Positions 29,545 to 39,131 of a stretch of 39,381 nucleotides of DNA are shown here, piece by piece (the first letter of the stretch is position 1; the number at the start of each line of letters is the position of its first letter). The stretch is from NCBI GenBank assembly GCA_031549365.1, contig JAVBPX010000011.1:1-39381 (forward strand). Reading direction: 5' to 3'. The stretch is from Alphaproteobacteria bacterium (GTDB lineage: Bacteria; Pseudomonadota; Alphaproteobacteria; Rs-D84). Under the pieces are notes generated by a model. The model did not search any database. It had not been told where the DNA came from and was given only the letters and a program-made list of their open reading frames with translations. A program made the translations under genes and the position numbers.

Positions 29545-30303
29545 ATGCTTGATATAACATCCCTAGACTATTTATACATCGCAGTGATCATCGTGTCCTC
29601 AATCTGGGCATGGTTTCGCGGCGGCATATTCGAAATTATCACAACAGCATCTTGGATAACAGCTGCTTTGATGGCGCGTTTTTTGGCCCCCCAAATGAAT
29701 ACCGTGATTCAGGCTTTATTTAACCTCTCATCATCCAGTTTAATTTCTCTCGCCACATCATATTTTTTGGTATTTTTCATAACATTGGGAATTGCCCACT
29801 ATATGGCAACAAAAGTTCAGGGTAAAATCCACGAATCCTCCTTCCACTTTATGGATAAAAGTTTGGGCATCCTCTTCGGCGTAATCCGTGGAATCGCAGT
29901 CATGGGGATCGTCTACTGGGGCGCAATATGGTACTATTCCACAGACCCACAATTACCATCATATATATCAAACGCCAAATCTCGCCCAGTAATGCAGGTA
30001 ACCGCCCTAAAATTACATAAATGGTTTATCCCTGGAAAAAATAAATTACTGGAACGGGACGCCCGCGGCCTGGCTCTATCCGATGAAAACATCCAAGAAA
30101 CCTATGAAAATTTGATAAATCCAAAAGTCCGTGCAGAAAAATTAAAAGACAACATTTCGGAAACCGGATACCGCGAAAACGAACGAGAATCTCTAAACAA
30201 TCGACTATTACAACTCGAAGCATCAAATCCCGATGGCGACGATCCAAACCGTTTGGATCTGGACGGATCTCAAATGGACTCACTCCTCCCCCCATCTATG
30301 TAA
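29545..30303 (+). CDS. cvpA: CvpA family membrane protein
   Basis: LDY..I, RGG..E, DKSLGILFGVIRG, AKSRP; four TM helices plus a soluble tail. Confidence 0.88.
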   Translation: MLDITSLDYLYIAVIIVSSIWAWFRGGIFEIITTASWITAALMARFLAPQMNTVIQALFNLSSSSLISLATSYFLVFFITLGIAHYMATKVQGKIHESSFHFMDKSLGILFGVIRGIAVMGIVYWGAIWYYSTDPQLPSYISNAKSRPVMQVTALKLHKWFIPGKNKLLERDARGLALSDENIQETYENLINPKVRAEKLKDNISETGYRENERESLNNRLLQLEASNPDGDDPNRLDLDGSQMDSLLPPSM

Positions 30304-30341
30304 AATTAAAAACACTGCGGCTGTGCAAATCTACACTTTTA

Positions 30342-30467
30342 TAAAACGCATCAAAATGTGATGATTATAAAGAATTATTTCATTTTTAGGTGCGCGGTGT
30401 ATATAAACATACATAAGCATCTAAAAATGAAATAACTTGTTTATAGGCGCACATTTTCATGCGTTTA
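30342..30467 (+). repeat. family B element ending in the stop of the 30465 gene
   Basis: Arms AAACGCAT/ATGCGTTT, AAATGTG/CACATTT, TTATTTCATTTTTAGGTGC/GCATCTAAAAATGAAATAA; core GTGTATATAAACATACATAA. Confidence 0.88.
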
Positions 30468-30908
30468 ATTACTTTCTAACTTATCCAATAATTTCTCAAA
30501 CCTAGCCGCCGAAGTATTCGCACAACCCCAACTATCCCAATTTAAAATCTCATCCCCTGTTTTATTATCTGCAATCGACACAGTAAAAGACCACATCTCG
30601 GCCCCTGCAAATAAACACGTAATTGGCGCCCATCTTACATCTTCTCTCACCCATACATAATAATGAACATTTCCAACATCCTGGGTCAATATTTCAATTC
30701 TATCTCCTTGAGTATCATTTTTAACTTTTCCAACTCTTACATCCCATCCCCTTTGTTCCAAAATACTTTTCGCCCGATGCCTCATCCCCTCACCCCCGCG
30801 CTGAGAATAAACAATATTATTGTCTTTTTTATCCATAGTCTGCGGCTTAACAGATAACGACGTACACCCAACCGATAATGTGGCTAATAAAATTATCATA
30901 TACCTCAT
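30465..30908 (-). CDS. hypothetical lipoprotein (147 aa)
   Basis: GAGG RBS; signal peptide ending LSVGC. Confidence 0.7.
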   Translation of the reverse strand: MRYMIILLATLSVGCTSLSVKPQTMDKKDNNIVYSQRGGEGMRHRAKSILEQRGWDVRVGKVKNDTQGDRIEILTQDVGNVHYYVWVREDVRWAPITCLFAGAEMWSFTVSIADNKTGDEILNWDSWGCANTSAARFEKLLDKLESN

Positions 30909-31055
30909 AGAAACCTCTTTTATGTAATTACGATAAAAATCCTAAACCACCCAACCCGAAAAAGCAAGCGCCCTAAAAATCGACCAACTTATCTTGCAAT
31001 TTTTGGGGAAATCTCATACAATCCTTATAATCAATTCACAAATTACGGATTTATC

Positions 31056-31826
31056 ATGGCATTAATTTATACCATCGGACGATTTGCCTTAAAGCTATTC
31101 GAAAACATCGGGGACTTTTTGTTATTTTTAGGCCACGTTTTGTTTCACATGTTTACTCCTCGAATTTATTGGAAAAACACTCTGATTCAAATTATGGAAA
31201 TTGGTTTTTATTCACTTCCAATTGTTGCAACCACAGCTCTTTTTTCTGGCATGGTTCTGACTCTTCAAATCCACACAGGATTTTCTGAATACAGCGCCGA
31301 AGGCGCAATGGCCACCATTATCGCCCTTGCGATAACGCGCGAACTTGGACCTGTCTTTGCCGGACTTATGGTAACAGCGCGTTGTGCATCCTCCATGGCG
31401 GCTGAAATTGGAACAATGCGCGTATCTGATCAAATCGATGCACTAACGACTCTCTCGGTCAATCCTATGAAATATTTAATTGCCCCCCGCGTATGGGCAT
31501 CAATCATTACCATGCCGCTGCTTGTCATTGTTGCCGACCTTATTGGAATTTTCGGCGGATACCTGGTTGGCATTGAAATGCTTGGCTTTAACCCGGGCAC
31601 ATATCTTCATAAAACCGTAATGGCCGTATCAATATCGGACATAACTTCCGGAATGACCAAGGCCGCCGTATTCGGAATGGTAATTGCTCTTGTGGCAACA
31701 TTCTTTGGCATGAAAACCAAACAAGGTGCTCGGGGCGTGGGTATCGCCACAACAAATACAGTTGTAGTATCATCAATTTTAATTCTGTTGCTAAATTATG
31801 TAATGACAGATTTATTTTTCAGTTAA
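31056..31826 (+). CDS. mlaE: MlaE-family ABC transporter permease
   Basis: RELGPV, AEIGTMRVSDQIDAL, GARGVG.ATT. Confidence 0.94.
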   Translation: MALIYTIGRFALKLFENIGDFLLFLGHVLFHMFTPRIYWKNTLIQIMEIGFYSLPIVATTALFSGMVLTLQIHTGFSEYSAEGAMATIIALAITRELGPVFAGLMVTARCASSMAAEIGTMRVSDQIDALTTLSVNPMKYLIAPRVWASIITMPLLVIVADLIGIFGGYLVGIEMLGFNPGTYLHKTVMAVSISDITSGMTKAAVFGMVIALVATFFGMKTKQGARGVGIATTNTVVVSSILILLLNYVMTDLFFS

Positions 31827-31839
31827 CGGGGTTAAAAAA

Positions 31840-32613
31840 ATGGCAAAATCATTAAATACTTTTTCAATAAAAAACCTTACCAAACAATTTAATGGTAATG
31901 TTGTACTGAATAAATTAAACCTTGAAATTAAACCAATGGAATCATTGGTAATTCTGGGTCCCTCTGGCATTGGCAAATCTGTTTTAATCCGTACCATGAT
32001 TGGCCTAATGCGTCCAAATTCTGGCGACATTTTATTTAACGGCAAATCGACTCTTGAAATGACCAATTCTGAACGCAAGGATTTCTACCGCCAAATTGGG
32101 ATGCTGTTCCAAGAATCCGCATTATTCGACAGTTTGTCTGTTTTTGAAAATATAATGTTCGGGCCAATGATGAACGAAAACATGGAACGCGACTCAGCGC
32201 GCAAACACGCACTGGAATTATTAAAACACGTTGGCATGACCGCGGATGACCTGGACAAGGGCACTTCTGAACTATCCGGTGGTATGAAAAAGCGCGTCGC
32301 GCTTGCCCGCGCAATGGCATTAAATCCATCTGTACTATTTTTTGATGAACCCACAACTGGACTTGACCCGATTATGGCAGCAACAATCACAAATTTGATT
32401 CACACACACATCCGTCGTTTAAAAACGACAACTATTACAATCACGCACGATTTAATGGCCGCGCGCACAATCGCAGATCGCATAATAATGCTACAAAACG
32501 GGCACGTGGAATGGAGCGGCACATACAACGATCTCTTCAAATCAAAAAACAAAACCGTCCGCGCCTTTTTGGAACCTTGGCGCGCCGCCGGCATGGTCAA
32601 ACCACTGCGTTAA
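31840..32613 (+). CDS. mlaF: MlaF-family ABC transporter ATPase
   Basis: GPSGIGKS, LFQESALFDSL, LSGGMKKRVALARA, DEPTTGLDP, ITHD; follows mlaE. Confidence 0.92.
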   Translation: MAKSLNTFSIKNLTKQFNGNVVLNKLNLEIKPMESLVILGPSGIGKSVLIRTMIGLMRPNSGDILFNGKSTLEMTNSERKDFYRQIGMLFQESALFDSLSVFENIMFGPMMNENMERDSARKHALELLKHVGMTADDLDKGTSELSGGMKKRVALARAMALNPSVLFFDEPTTGLDPIMAATITNLIHTHIRRLKTTTITITHDLMAARTIADRIIMLQNGHVEWSGTYNDLFKSKNKTVRAFLEPWRAAGMVKPLR

Positions 32614-32642
32614 TAAACTAAACTATGCTACCATAAATAACA

Positions 32643-32666
32643 ATGTCCCCAGAATTTCGGGGACAT
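32643..32666. terminator. hairpin between convergent mlaF and gyrA
   Basis: ATGTCCCC/GGGGACAT. Confidence 0.5.
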
Positions 32667-32727
32667 AAAAAATTGCAAAGAAATTAAATACGCTTTGTTC
32701 CCAACACATCCCTATGATCCAAATACT

Positions 32728-32754
32728 AAAAAACCCGGTTTTCTACCGGGTTTT
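32728..32754. terminator. bidirectional intrinsic terminator downstream of gyrA
   Basis: AAAACCCGGT/ACCGGGTTTT. Confidence 0.75.
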
Positions 32755-32757
32755 AAA

Positions 32758-35487
32758 TTATGCTTCCGCTTCCATGTTTTCTACTCCTTCAACCGCTTCC
32801 TCGCCTTCGCCCCCTTCATCCTCTTCGGATGCTTGAATTGCAACGGCAGATACTACTTTTTCTTTGTCAGCAGTGTTAAACAATGTAACACCAGCAGTCG
32901 AACGTCCTGCAACACGAATGCCTGTTACTGGAATTCGAATAATCTTTCCACCATCTGTAACCATCATAACTTCTTGATCATCACAAATTGGGAAAGACCC
33001 TGCAACCGCGGTATTTTTTCCGCCCAATTTAATATTGGTAATACCACTGCCTCCACGATGTGTTAATCTGTATTCGTAATCGGACGTACGCTTTCCAAAT
33101 CCATTTTCTGAAATTGTAATAATGAACTGTTCATTATTTTTCATCTCGGCAAATGTTGCTTCATCCAACACCAAACTTGTTGTTTCTTCTTCCGCACCAG
33201 CTTCTTCCTCGACACCAGATTCTGCACGACGCAACGCACGTGATTGTTTGATATACGCGGCACGCTTTTCGGAATCTTCTTCTCCATGATTTAAAATTGC
33301 CATATTAATGACACGATCATCATTTGCCAATTTAACACCACGAACACCAACAGAATCACGACCTGTAAATACGCGAATTTCATCAACTTTGAACCGAATA
33401 CATTTTCCTAAATATGTTGATAAAAACACATCCTGGTTGTCGGAACAAGGCAACACATTTACTAACTTATCCCCCTCTTCCAACTTCATAGCAATCTTTC
33501 CATTGGCACGAATGCTTTCGAAATCAGACAAACGGTTTCGACGCACAGTACCATTTGCTGTCGCAAACATCAAAAACACTTCTGATGCTTCTGCGTCATT
33601 TTCTGGCATTGGCATAATTGCAGTAATTGTTTCACCATTTTGCAAAGGCAGAATATTAATTAATGGTTTTCCACGTGATGCCGCGGCCCCTTGTGGCAAC
33701 AAATATGTTTTAATACGATAAGCAATTCCACGATCACTGAAAAATATTAATGGCGTATGGGTATTTGCAACAAAAACTTGGGTAACATAATCTTCTTCTT
33801 TTGTTGTCATTGCATTTCGTCCCTTACCTCCACGACGTTGGGCACGATATGTATCCAAAGTAACGCGTTTTATATAACCGGTATTTGAAACCGTAACAAC
33901 CATATCCTCACGCGCAATTAAATCCTCCATATCCATATCCAATTCTTGATCAGAAATTTCTGTACGGCGTTCTCCTGCAAAACTTGTTTTGATTAATGCC
34001 AATTCGTTGCGAATAATATCCAACACTTTGGCATGATCGCCCAAAATCGATAATAACGCTTTAATTTCATTTCCCAAATCAACCAAATCTCCATGAATTT
34101 TTTCACGTTCCAACCCGGTTAATCTGTGCAATCTTAATTCCAAAATTGCTTTTGCTTGTTCTTCGGACATATAAAATAAACCATCCCGATAATCAGTATT
34201 CGGATCATCGATTAATTGAATGTATTCCAAAATATCATCTGCCTTCCAACCGCGGGCCAACAATCCAGCACGTGCAATTTCCGGAGTTTGCGAAGATTTA
34301 ATCAAAGCAATAATTTCATCCAAATTGCCAACAGCCACGGACAAGCCCAACAAAGTATGGGCACGATTTCTGGCTTTATTTAATTCATAAATTGTGCGAC
34401 GACGAACAACCTCAATTCTGAATTCAATAAATTCATCAATAACGCCTCGAACATTGAATTGCTGTGGTTTTCCTTTGGAAATCGCCATCATATTAACAGG
34501 GAAACTGGTCTGCATCATTGTGAATTTAAACAATTGATTTAATACAACATCTGCAATCGCATCGCGTTTTAATTCAATAACAACACGAACTCCTTCGCGA
34601 CTGGATTCATCGCGCAAATCAGAAATTCCCTCGATTCTTTTTTCTTTAACCAATTCGGCAATTTTAATAATTAATTGAGCCTTGTTAACCTGATATGGAA
34701 TCTCGGTCATAACAATTGCTTGACGATCTTTGTGTTCTTCAATTTCTGTACGGGCGCGAATAACAACAGACCCACGACCCGTTGTATGCGCTTTGTATGA
34801 ACCAGAACGCCCTAAAATAATTCCCCCCGTTGGAAAATCAGGCCCAGGAATTTTTGCAAACAAATCATCATCTGAAATTTTTGGATCATCCATAACAGCC
34901 ATGGTCGCATCAATAACTTCGCCCAAATTATACGTTGGGATATTGGTTGCCATACCAACAGCAATCCCTGCCGATCCATTTACCAACAAATTCGGGAATT
35001 TGGCCGGCAAAACGGTTGGCTCTTCTTCTTTTTCGTCATAATTCGGCATAAAATCAACCGTATTTTTATCCAAATCTTCCAACATATGCGTTGAAATCTT
35101 GGCCAAACGCGCTTCTGTATAACGCATGGCGGCGGCACTATCCCCGTCCATGGAACCAAAGTTTCCCTGTCCTTGAACCAAACAAACCCCCATGGAAAAA
35201 TCCTGGGCCATACGAACCATGGCTTCATACGCTGCGCTATCACCATGAGGATGATATTTACCCAAAACTTCACCGACAATACGGGCAGACTTAACATAAT
35301 TTTTTGCAACATCATTCATGGTGTACAAAATACGACGATGCACAGGCTTAAATCCATCGCGAACATCCGGCAACGCACGCTCAACGATAACCGACATAGC
35401 ATAGTCTAAAAACGACGTCTGCATCTCGGTTTCAATTGCGGTCGACGGCACGTTTGAAATTGGCATATTCTGATCCATTTCTGACAT
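32758..35487 (-). CDS. gyrA: DNA gyrase subunit A
   Basis: [30 protein letters not shown], GyrA-box QRRGGKG; start moved to MSEMDQ after AAGGA. Confidence 0.98.
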   Translation of the reverse strand: MSEMDQNMPISNVPSTAIETEMQTSFLDYAMSVIVERALPDVRDGFKPVHRRILYTMNDVAKNYVKSARIVGEVLGKYHPHGDSAAYEAMVRMAQDFSMGVCLVQGQGNFGSMDGDSAAAMRYTEARLAKISTHMLEDLDKNTVDFMPNYDEKEEEPTVLPAKFPNLLVNGSAGIAVGMATNIPTYNLGEVIDATMAVMDDPKISDDDLFAKIPGPDFPTGGIILGRSGSYKAHTTGRGSVVIRARTEIEEHKDRQAIVMTEIPYQVNKAQLIIKIAELVKEKRIEGISDLRDESSREGVRVVIELKRDAIADVVLNQLFKFTMMQTSFPVNMMAISKGKPQQFNVRGVIDEFIEFRIEVVRRRTIYELNKARNRAHTLLGLSVAVGNLDEIIALIKSSQTPEIARAGLLARGWKADDILEYIQLIDDPNTDYRDGLFYMSEEQAKAILELRLHRLTGLEREKIHGDLVDLGNEIKALLSILGDHAKVLDIIRNELALIKTSFAGERRTEISDQELDMDMEDLIAREDMVVTVSNTGYIKRVTLDTYRAQRRGGKGRNAMTTKEEDYVTQVFVANTHTPLIFFSDRGIAYRIKTYLLPQGAAASRGKPLINILPLQNGETITAIMPMPENDAEASEVFLMFATANGTVRRNRLSDFESIRANGKIAMKLEEGDKLVNVLPCSDNQDVFLSTYLGKCIRFKVDEIRVFTGRDSVGVRGVKLANDDRVINMAILNHGEEDSEKRAAYIKQSRALRRAESGVEEEAGAEEETTSLVLDEATFAEMKNNEQFIITISENGFGKRTSDYEYRLTHRGGSGITNIKLGGKNTAVAGSFPICDDQEVMMVTDGGKIIRIPVTGIRVAGRSTAGVTLFNTADKEKVVSAVAIQASEEDEGGEGEEAVEGVENMEAEA

Positions 35488-35808
35488 AACAAAATCCTTT
35501 ATTTTCTCTAATGTTAATAACGTATAATTTATAGCACAAAACAACCCAAAACGTCCAGCAAAAAAACGAAAAAATGGGATAAAAAACCACTTGATTTTCA
35601 CCAAAAAATAATCCCTATTCTCCTCATAAAATAATAATTATATTACCACCTTCACTACTAACTATCATATAAAACCCTCCCCCCAAACCCTAAAATTATT
35701 GTCATCCCGAGGCACAGCGCCAGGATCCAGTAAAACAAACGTTACGACAAATCTGTTCGGTTAATTTTTCTGCCGCCTAAATTTTATTCTAATAAATTAA
35801 ACGCTCTC

Positions 35809-35837
35809 TTGACTTCTGATTTTAATGAATCTACAAT
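35809..35837 (+). promoter_or_regulatory. sigma70-type promoter with no downstream ORF
   Basis: TTGACT(35809)-N17-TACAAT(35832). Confidence 0.6.
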
Positions 35838-35843
35838 ATTATC

Positions 35844-35930
35844 AACACCTTGGGGGGATGAATTCTTACCCCCAAGGGAGCCAATCATTCCATTCTATAT
35901 AAATTAAAAAATGGGCCAATTTGGCCCATA
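35844..35930 (+). ncRNA. candidate small RNA
   Basis: Follows the promoter; 9-bp GC stem CCTTGGGGG/CCCCCAAGG then GAGCCA; ends at hairpin ATGGGCCAA/TTGGCCCAT; family not recognised. Confidence 0.4.
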
Positions 35931-35931
35931 A

Positions 35932-36183
35932 TTATCTCGAATTATCTTTTTTCAATCTATCTTTTGACGAACTCGCCACCATTTTTGGCGTCGTAATCCT
36001 CTGTCTTTTAACCGACGTGGGTCTTTTATGAAACTCACAACCGAACACAGATGTTATCATTTCGTAATACCCATCATTAATAACAACTCTTTGATACACA
36101 ACATATTCTGACGGATCAACCCTCTCTACTAAACTACCATTTAATTCTGTCCCATCAAACATAAAATCATTCATTTGCGACAT
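35932..36183 (-). CDS. small orphan protein (83 aa)
   Basis: GGAG RBS before MSQMND, TTGACA-N16-TACATT upstream, terminator at 35906-35929. Confidence 0.65.
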   Translation of the reverse strand: MSQMNDFMFDGTELNGSLVERVDPSEYVVYQRVVINDGYYEMITSVFGCEFHKRPTSVKRQRITTPKMVASSSKDRLKKDNSR

Positions 36184-36304
36184 TTCAATCTCCATTTTTT
36201 GCTTAGCAGCACTGAATGTATCACAAAAAATCATTTTGTCAACCAAATATTTCCGGATAAAAAATATCCTAGCTAAAATCACCTGAACTAATAAAAATAG
36301 TCCG

Positions 36305-36390
36305 CACCGGTCTTAAAAATAAAACACGGTTGGCGCGAAACTCGTTTTATAATTTTCCGTGACACGCCAACCGCTCAATAATTAAACCCA
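36305..36390. repeat. family C structured repeat, single copy with a third P1 sequence
   Basis: CACCGGTCTTAA...CGGTTGGCG-CG-...-CCGTGACA-CGCCAACCG. Confidence 0.85.
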
Positions 36391-36402
36391 AACTATAAAA
36401 AA

Positions 36403-37026
36403 TTACTTCTTAATTTGTGCATTTTTCGCCCTAATCTTGCCAATCAAAACCTCAACCCCACTTCCCGGCTTCGCCGCCTCGGCCTGTTTATAAATATTGC
36501 CATATTCTGTCCTGTAATTCATAACCATTGAAACCTCGGCAATAACAGCATCCACAATTTTAAACCCACTGCCTTCCTTTTTAAATCTCCACTGTAAATT
36601 CAAAACATCATTGGTATTTTTTGGATTTACAACGCTCATTTTAACAAAGTATTGCCCCTTGGTCTTGGCGGGCGTCACAGAAATCAAATTAAAATCACGC
36701 GTCGCATAATCGTCGAAATAATTTGCAAACGTTGTTAAATTAAATTCAGTAAACACTCTTTTAAATTCAGCCTTCTCAGAATCTGTTGCAACTTTTGCAG
36801 CGGGTCCCATAACAACCGGGACAATATAATCCAAATCAAACAATAGGATAAAATCTTCATCAAATTTTTGAATTTTTTTATCCCGCGGCATATCCGATCT
36901 GAATATATCATTTTGGAAATGATTAATCATATCGACTGAAAACTTTTTAACATCAGCCATTTCATCCGCCCGCGCTAACCCAATAAAACAAAATAGTGCA
37001 ACCATCGCCATTAAAAAATTTTTCAT
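36403..37026 (-). CDS. mlaC: MlaC/Ttg2D-family periplasmic lipid-binding protein
   Basis: Signal peptide; FD..I...VMG, WRF, FKIVD..IAEVSM...YRTEY. Confidence 0.82.
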   Translation of the reverse strand: MKNFLMAMVALFCFIGLARADEMADVKKFSVDMINHFQNDIFRSDMPRDKKIQKFDEDFILLFDLDYIVPVVMGPAAKVATDSEKAEFKRVFTEFNLTTFANYFDDYATRDFNLISVTPAKTKGQYFVKMSVVNPKNTNDVLNLQWRFKKEGSGFKIVDAVIAEVSMVMNYRTEYGNIYKQAEAAKPGSGVEVLIGKIRAKNAQIKK

Positions 37027-37919
37027 ATACTACTCCCTGTTAATTTTTTTTGAATCTCGCTTTTTATAACTTCATTATCTATTTCCATAATAATGCTATT
37101 CTCAAACGCAGCCTGCAAGGCCAAATCCGCATCATGCCTATCCATCCCGGCCGCCTCTAAAAACCAAATCTGATTTCGATCATTATGCCCAATAGAAGCC
37201 CCATGCTTGGCTTCGACACTTTCGGAATTTATATTTTGGTTCGGTGATATTTCAATAAAATCAATTTCCGGCTCGCACAGGGCTTTAAAATCAATTGAAT
37301 TATTAACACCCGTCAATCCGGGCCCAACAATGGCATTTCCACGAATATTTGTTTTTGAATTTGTCACAGCAACTACACTTAATTCCAACTCTGCTGAATT
37401 ATTACTGATCAAATGCGAAACATCACTATTAAACCTAAAATCTTTATAATTTTTGACCAATGCCTTTTGATTAAACTTTGAACCCTCTCCAATCATTTTG
37501 ATATCGCTGATATAATTTAAATTAGCATTTACTAAAACCACCGCAACATTTTTTAATTCTGAATTTGCACCAATCGAAACCGCCCAATTATCATTTGAAT
37601 CCATATCCACGCGCCTCATGGCATAGTTCAAAACTTTCGCACCATTTAAAACTTCAATACTATGGCGAACGCCTCGCGATAAAATAGATTCAACAATTGT
37701 ATTGTTTGCCTTAACTTTTAAATTAACCCGTGTATTATCGCCAACAACAATCAAATGTATTGGTTTATCGCAAGTTTTGTTTATAAAAACATCTGAACCT
37801 TCGACAACAGCAACCGAATCCGAAACCATAGACAATTCCGAAACAAACCCAGAATCATCAATAACAATGGTCTCGGCTGAAATTTCCAATACATTAAACT
37901 TGTCCCACATAAAGTCCAT
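37023..37919 (-). CDS. SufB/SufD-family Fe-S assembly protein (short, SufD-like)
   Basis: Beta-helix-like composition; C-terminal P...I..E.VEAKHGASIG....QIWFL..AG. Confidence 0.72.
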   Translation of the reverse strand: MDFMWDKFNVLEISAETIVIDDSGFVSELSMVSDSVAVVEGSDVFINKTCDKPIHLIVVGDNTRVNLKVKANNTIVESILSRGVRHSIEVLNGAKVLNYAMRRVDMDSNDNWAVSIGANSELKNVAVVLVNANLNYISDIKMIGEGSKFNQKALVKNYKDFRFNSDVSHLISNNSAELELSVVAVTNSKTNIRGNAIVGPGLTGVNNSIDFKALCEPEIDFIEISPNQNINSESVEAKHGASIGHNDRNQIWFLEAAGMDRHDADLALQAAFENSIIMEIDNEVIKSEIQKKLTGSSI

Positions 37920-37991
37920 AATAAAAAACCTTTGATTTTTTGAATAAATCCATTATGTTATAGACAAACCAAAAAAACAAGGAATAAACAA

Positions 37992-39092
37992 ATGGGCTTT
38001 AACTGTGGAATTATCGGACTTCCAAATGTCGGCAAATCAACACTGTTCAATGCATTAACGGCGACTTGCTCGGCCGATGCACAAAACTATCCATTTTGCA
38101 CAATTGAACCAAACGTGGGCCGGGTAATTGTACCTGACAATACTCTATTGCGCCTGGCCGAAATTGCAAAATCACAAAAAATCATTCCAACCTCTATGGA
38201 ATTTGTGGACATTGCGGGCTTGGTTGCAGGGGCATCTACGGGCGAGGGGCTCGGGAACAAATTCCTTGGTCATATCCAGGCTGTGGACGCAATCTTACAC
38301 GTTGTTCGCTGCTTTGATAATTCAGACATCGTCCACGTATCCGAAACGGTTGACCCAATACGTGACATTGAAACAATCGAAACCGAATTAATGCTGGCCG
38401 ATCTGGACAGCATCGAACGTCAAATCCAAAATTTAACAAAACGCGCCCGCGGTAATGACAAGGACGCCTCCCGTGCAATGTCCTTGGCCGCAACTGTCCG
38501 TGATGGCTTGGCCGCCGGCAAAATGGCAATAAACTTTATCCCAACCGATGCCGAAGACCGCAAATTCTTCGACGCTTTTTCGATGCTAACCGCAAAACCA
38601 ATGATGTACGTCTGCAATGTTGATGAAAATTCAGCAACAAACGGGAACCATTATTCACAGCGTGTAATCGACCAATTCGGCAAAACAAATTCCGTTGTAA
38701 TTATTTCATCAAAAATCGAACAGGAAATATCCCAATTAACCGACGCCGGCGAAAAACAAGACTTCTTGGAAACAATGGGATTATCGGAAACTGGATTGTC
38801 GCGCGTAATTAACGCAGGATATAAATTATTAAACTTAACTACATTTTATACCATCGGCCCAAAAGAAGCTCATGCCTGGACCATCACAATTGGATCCACT
38901 GCGCCAATGGCCGCTGGCAAAATCCATACTGATTTTGAACGCGGTTTTATACGTGCCGAAATTATTTCATCTGCTGATTTCATTGCATGCGGCGGCGAAG
39001 TAGCAGCCAAAGAATCCGGAAAAATGCGAACCGTTGGCCGTGATTACATAATGAATCCTGGCGACATCTGCCATTTCCTGTTCAACGTATAA
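37992..39092 (+). CDS. ychF: ribosome-binding ATPase YchF
   Basis: [56 protein letters not shown]. Confidence 0.98.
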   Translation: MGFNCGIIGLPNVGKSTLFNALTATCSADAQNYPFCTIEPNVGRVIVPDNTLLRLAEIAKSQKIIPTSMEFVDIAGLVAGASTGEGLGNKFLGHIQAVDAILHVVRCFDNSDIVHVSETVDPIRDIETIETELMLADLDSIERQIQNLTKRARGNDKDASRAMSLAATVRDGLAAGKMAINFIPTDAEDRKFFDAFSMLTAKPMMYVCNVDENSATNGNHYSQRVIDQFGKTNSVVIISSKIEQEISQLTDAGEKQDFLETMGLSETGLSRVINAGYKLLNLTTFYTIGPKEAHAWTITIGSTAPMAAGKIHTDFERGFIRAEIISSADFIACGGEVAAKESGKMRTVGRDYIMNPGDICHFLFNV

Positions 39093-39100
39093 ATTTATCC

Positions 39101-39131
39101 ATAAAACCCACAATTTGTGGGTTTTATTTTT
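39101..39131 (+). terminator. intrinsic terminator of ychF
   Basis: ATAAAACCCACA/TGTGGGTTTTAT plus T-run. Confidence 0.75.

Noticed and set aside
35215-35260. Quinolone-resistance substitution in GyrA
   Set aside because: QRDR reads [10 protein letters not shown], with Ser and an acidic residue at the usual positions.
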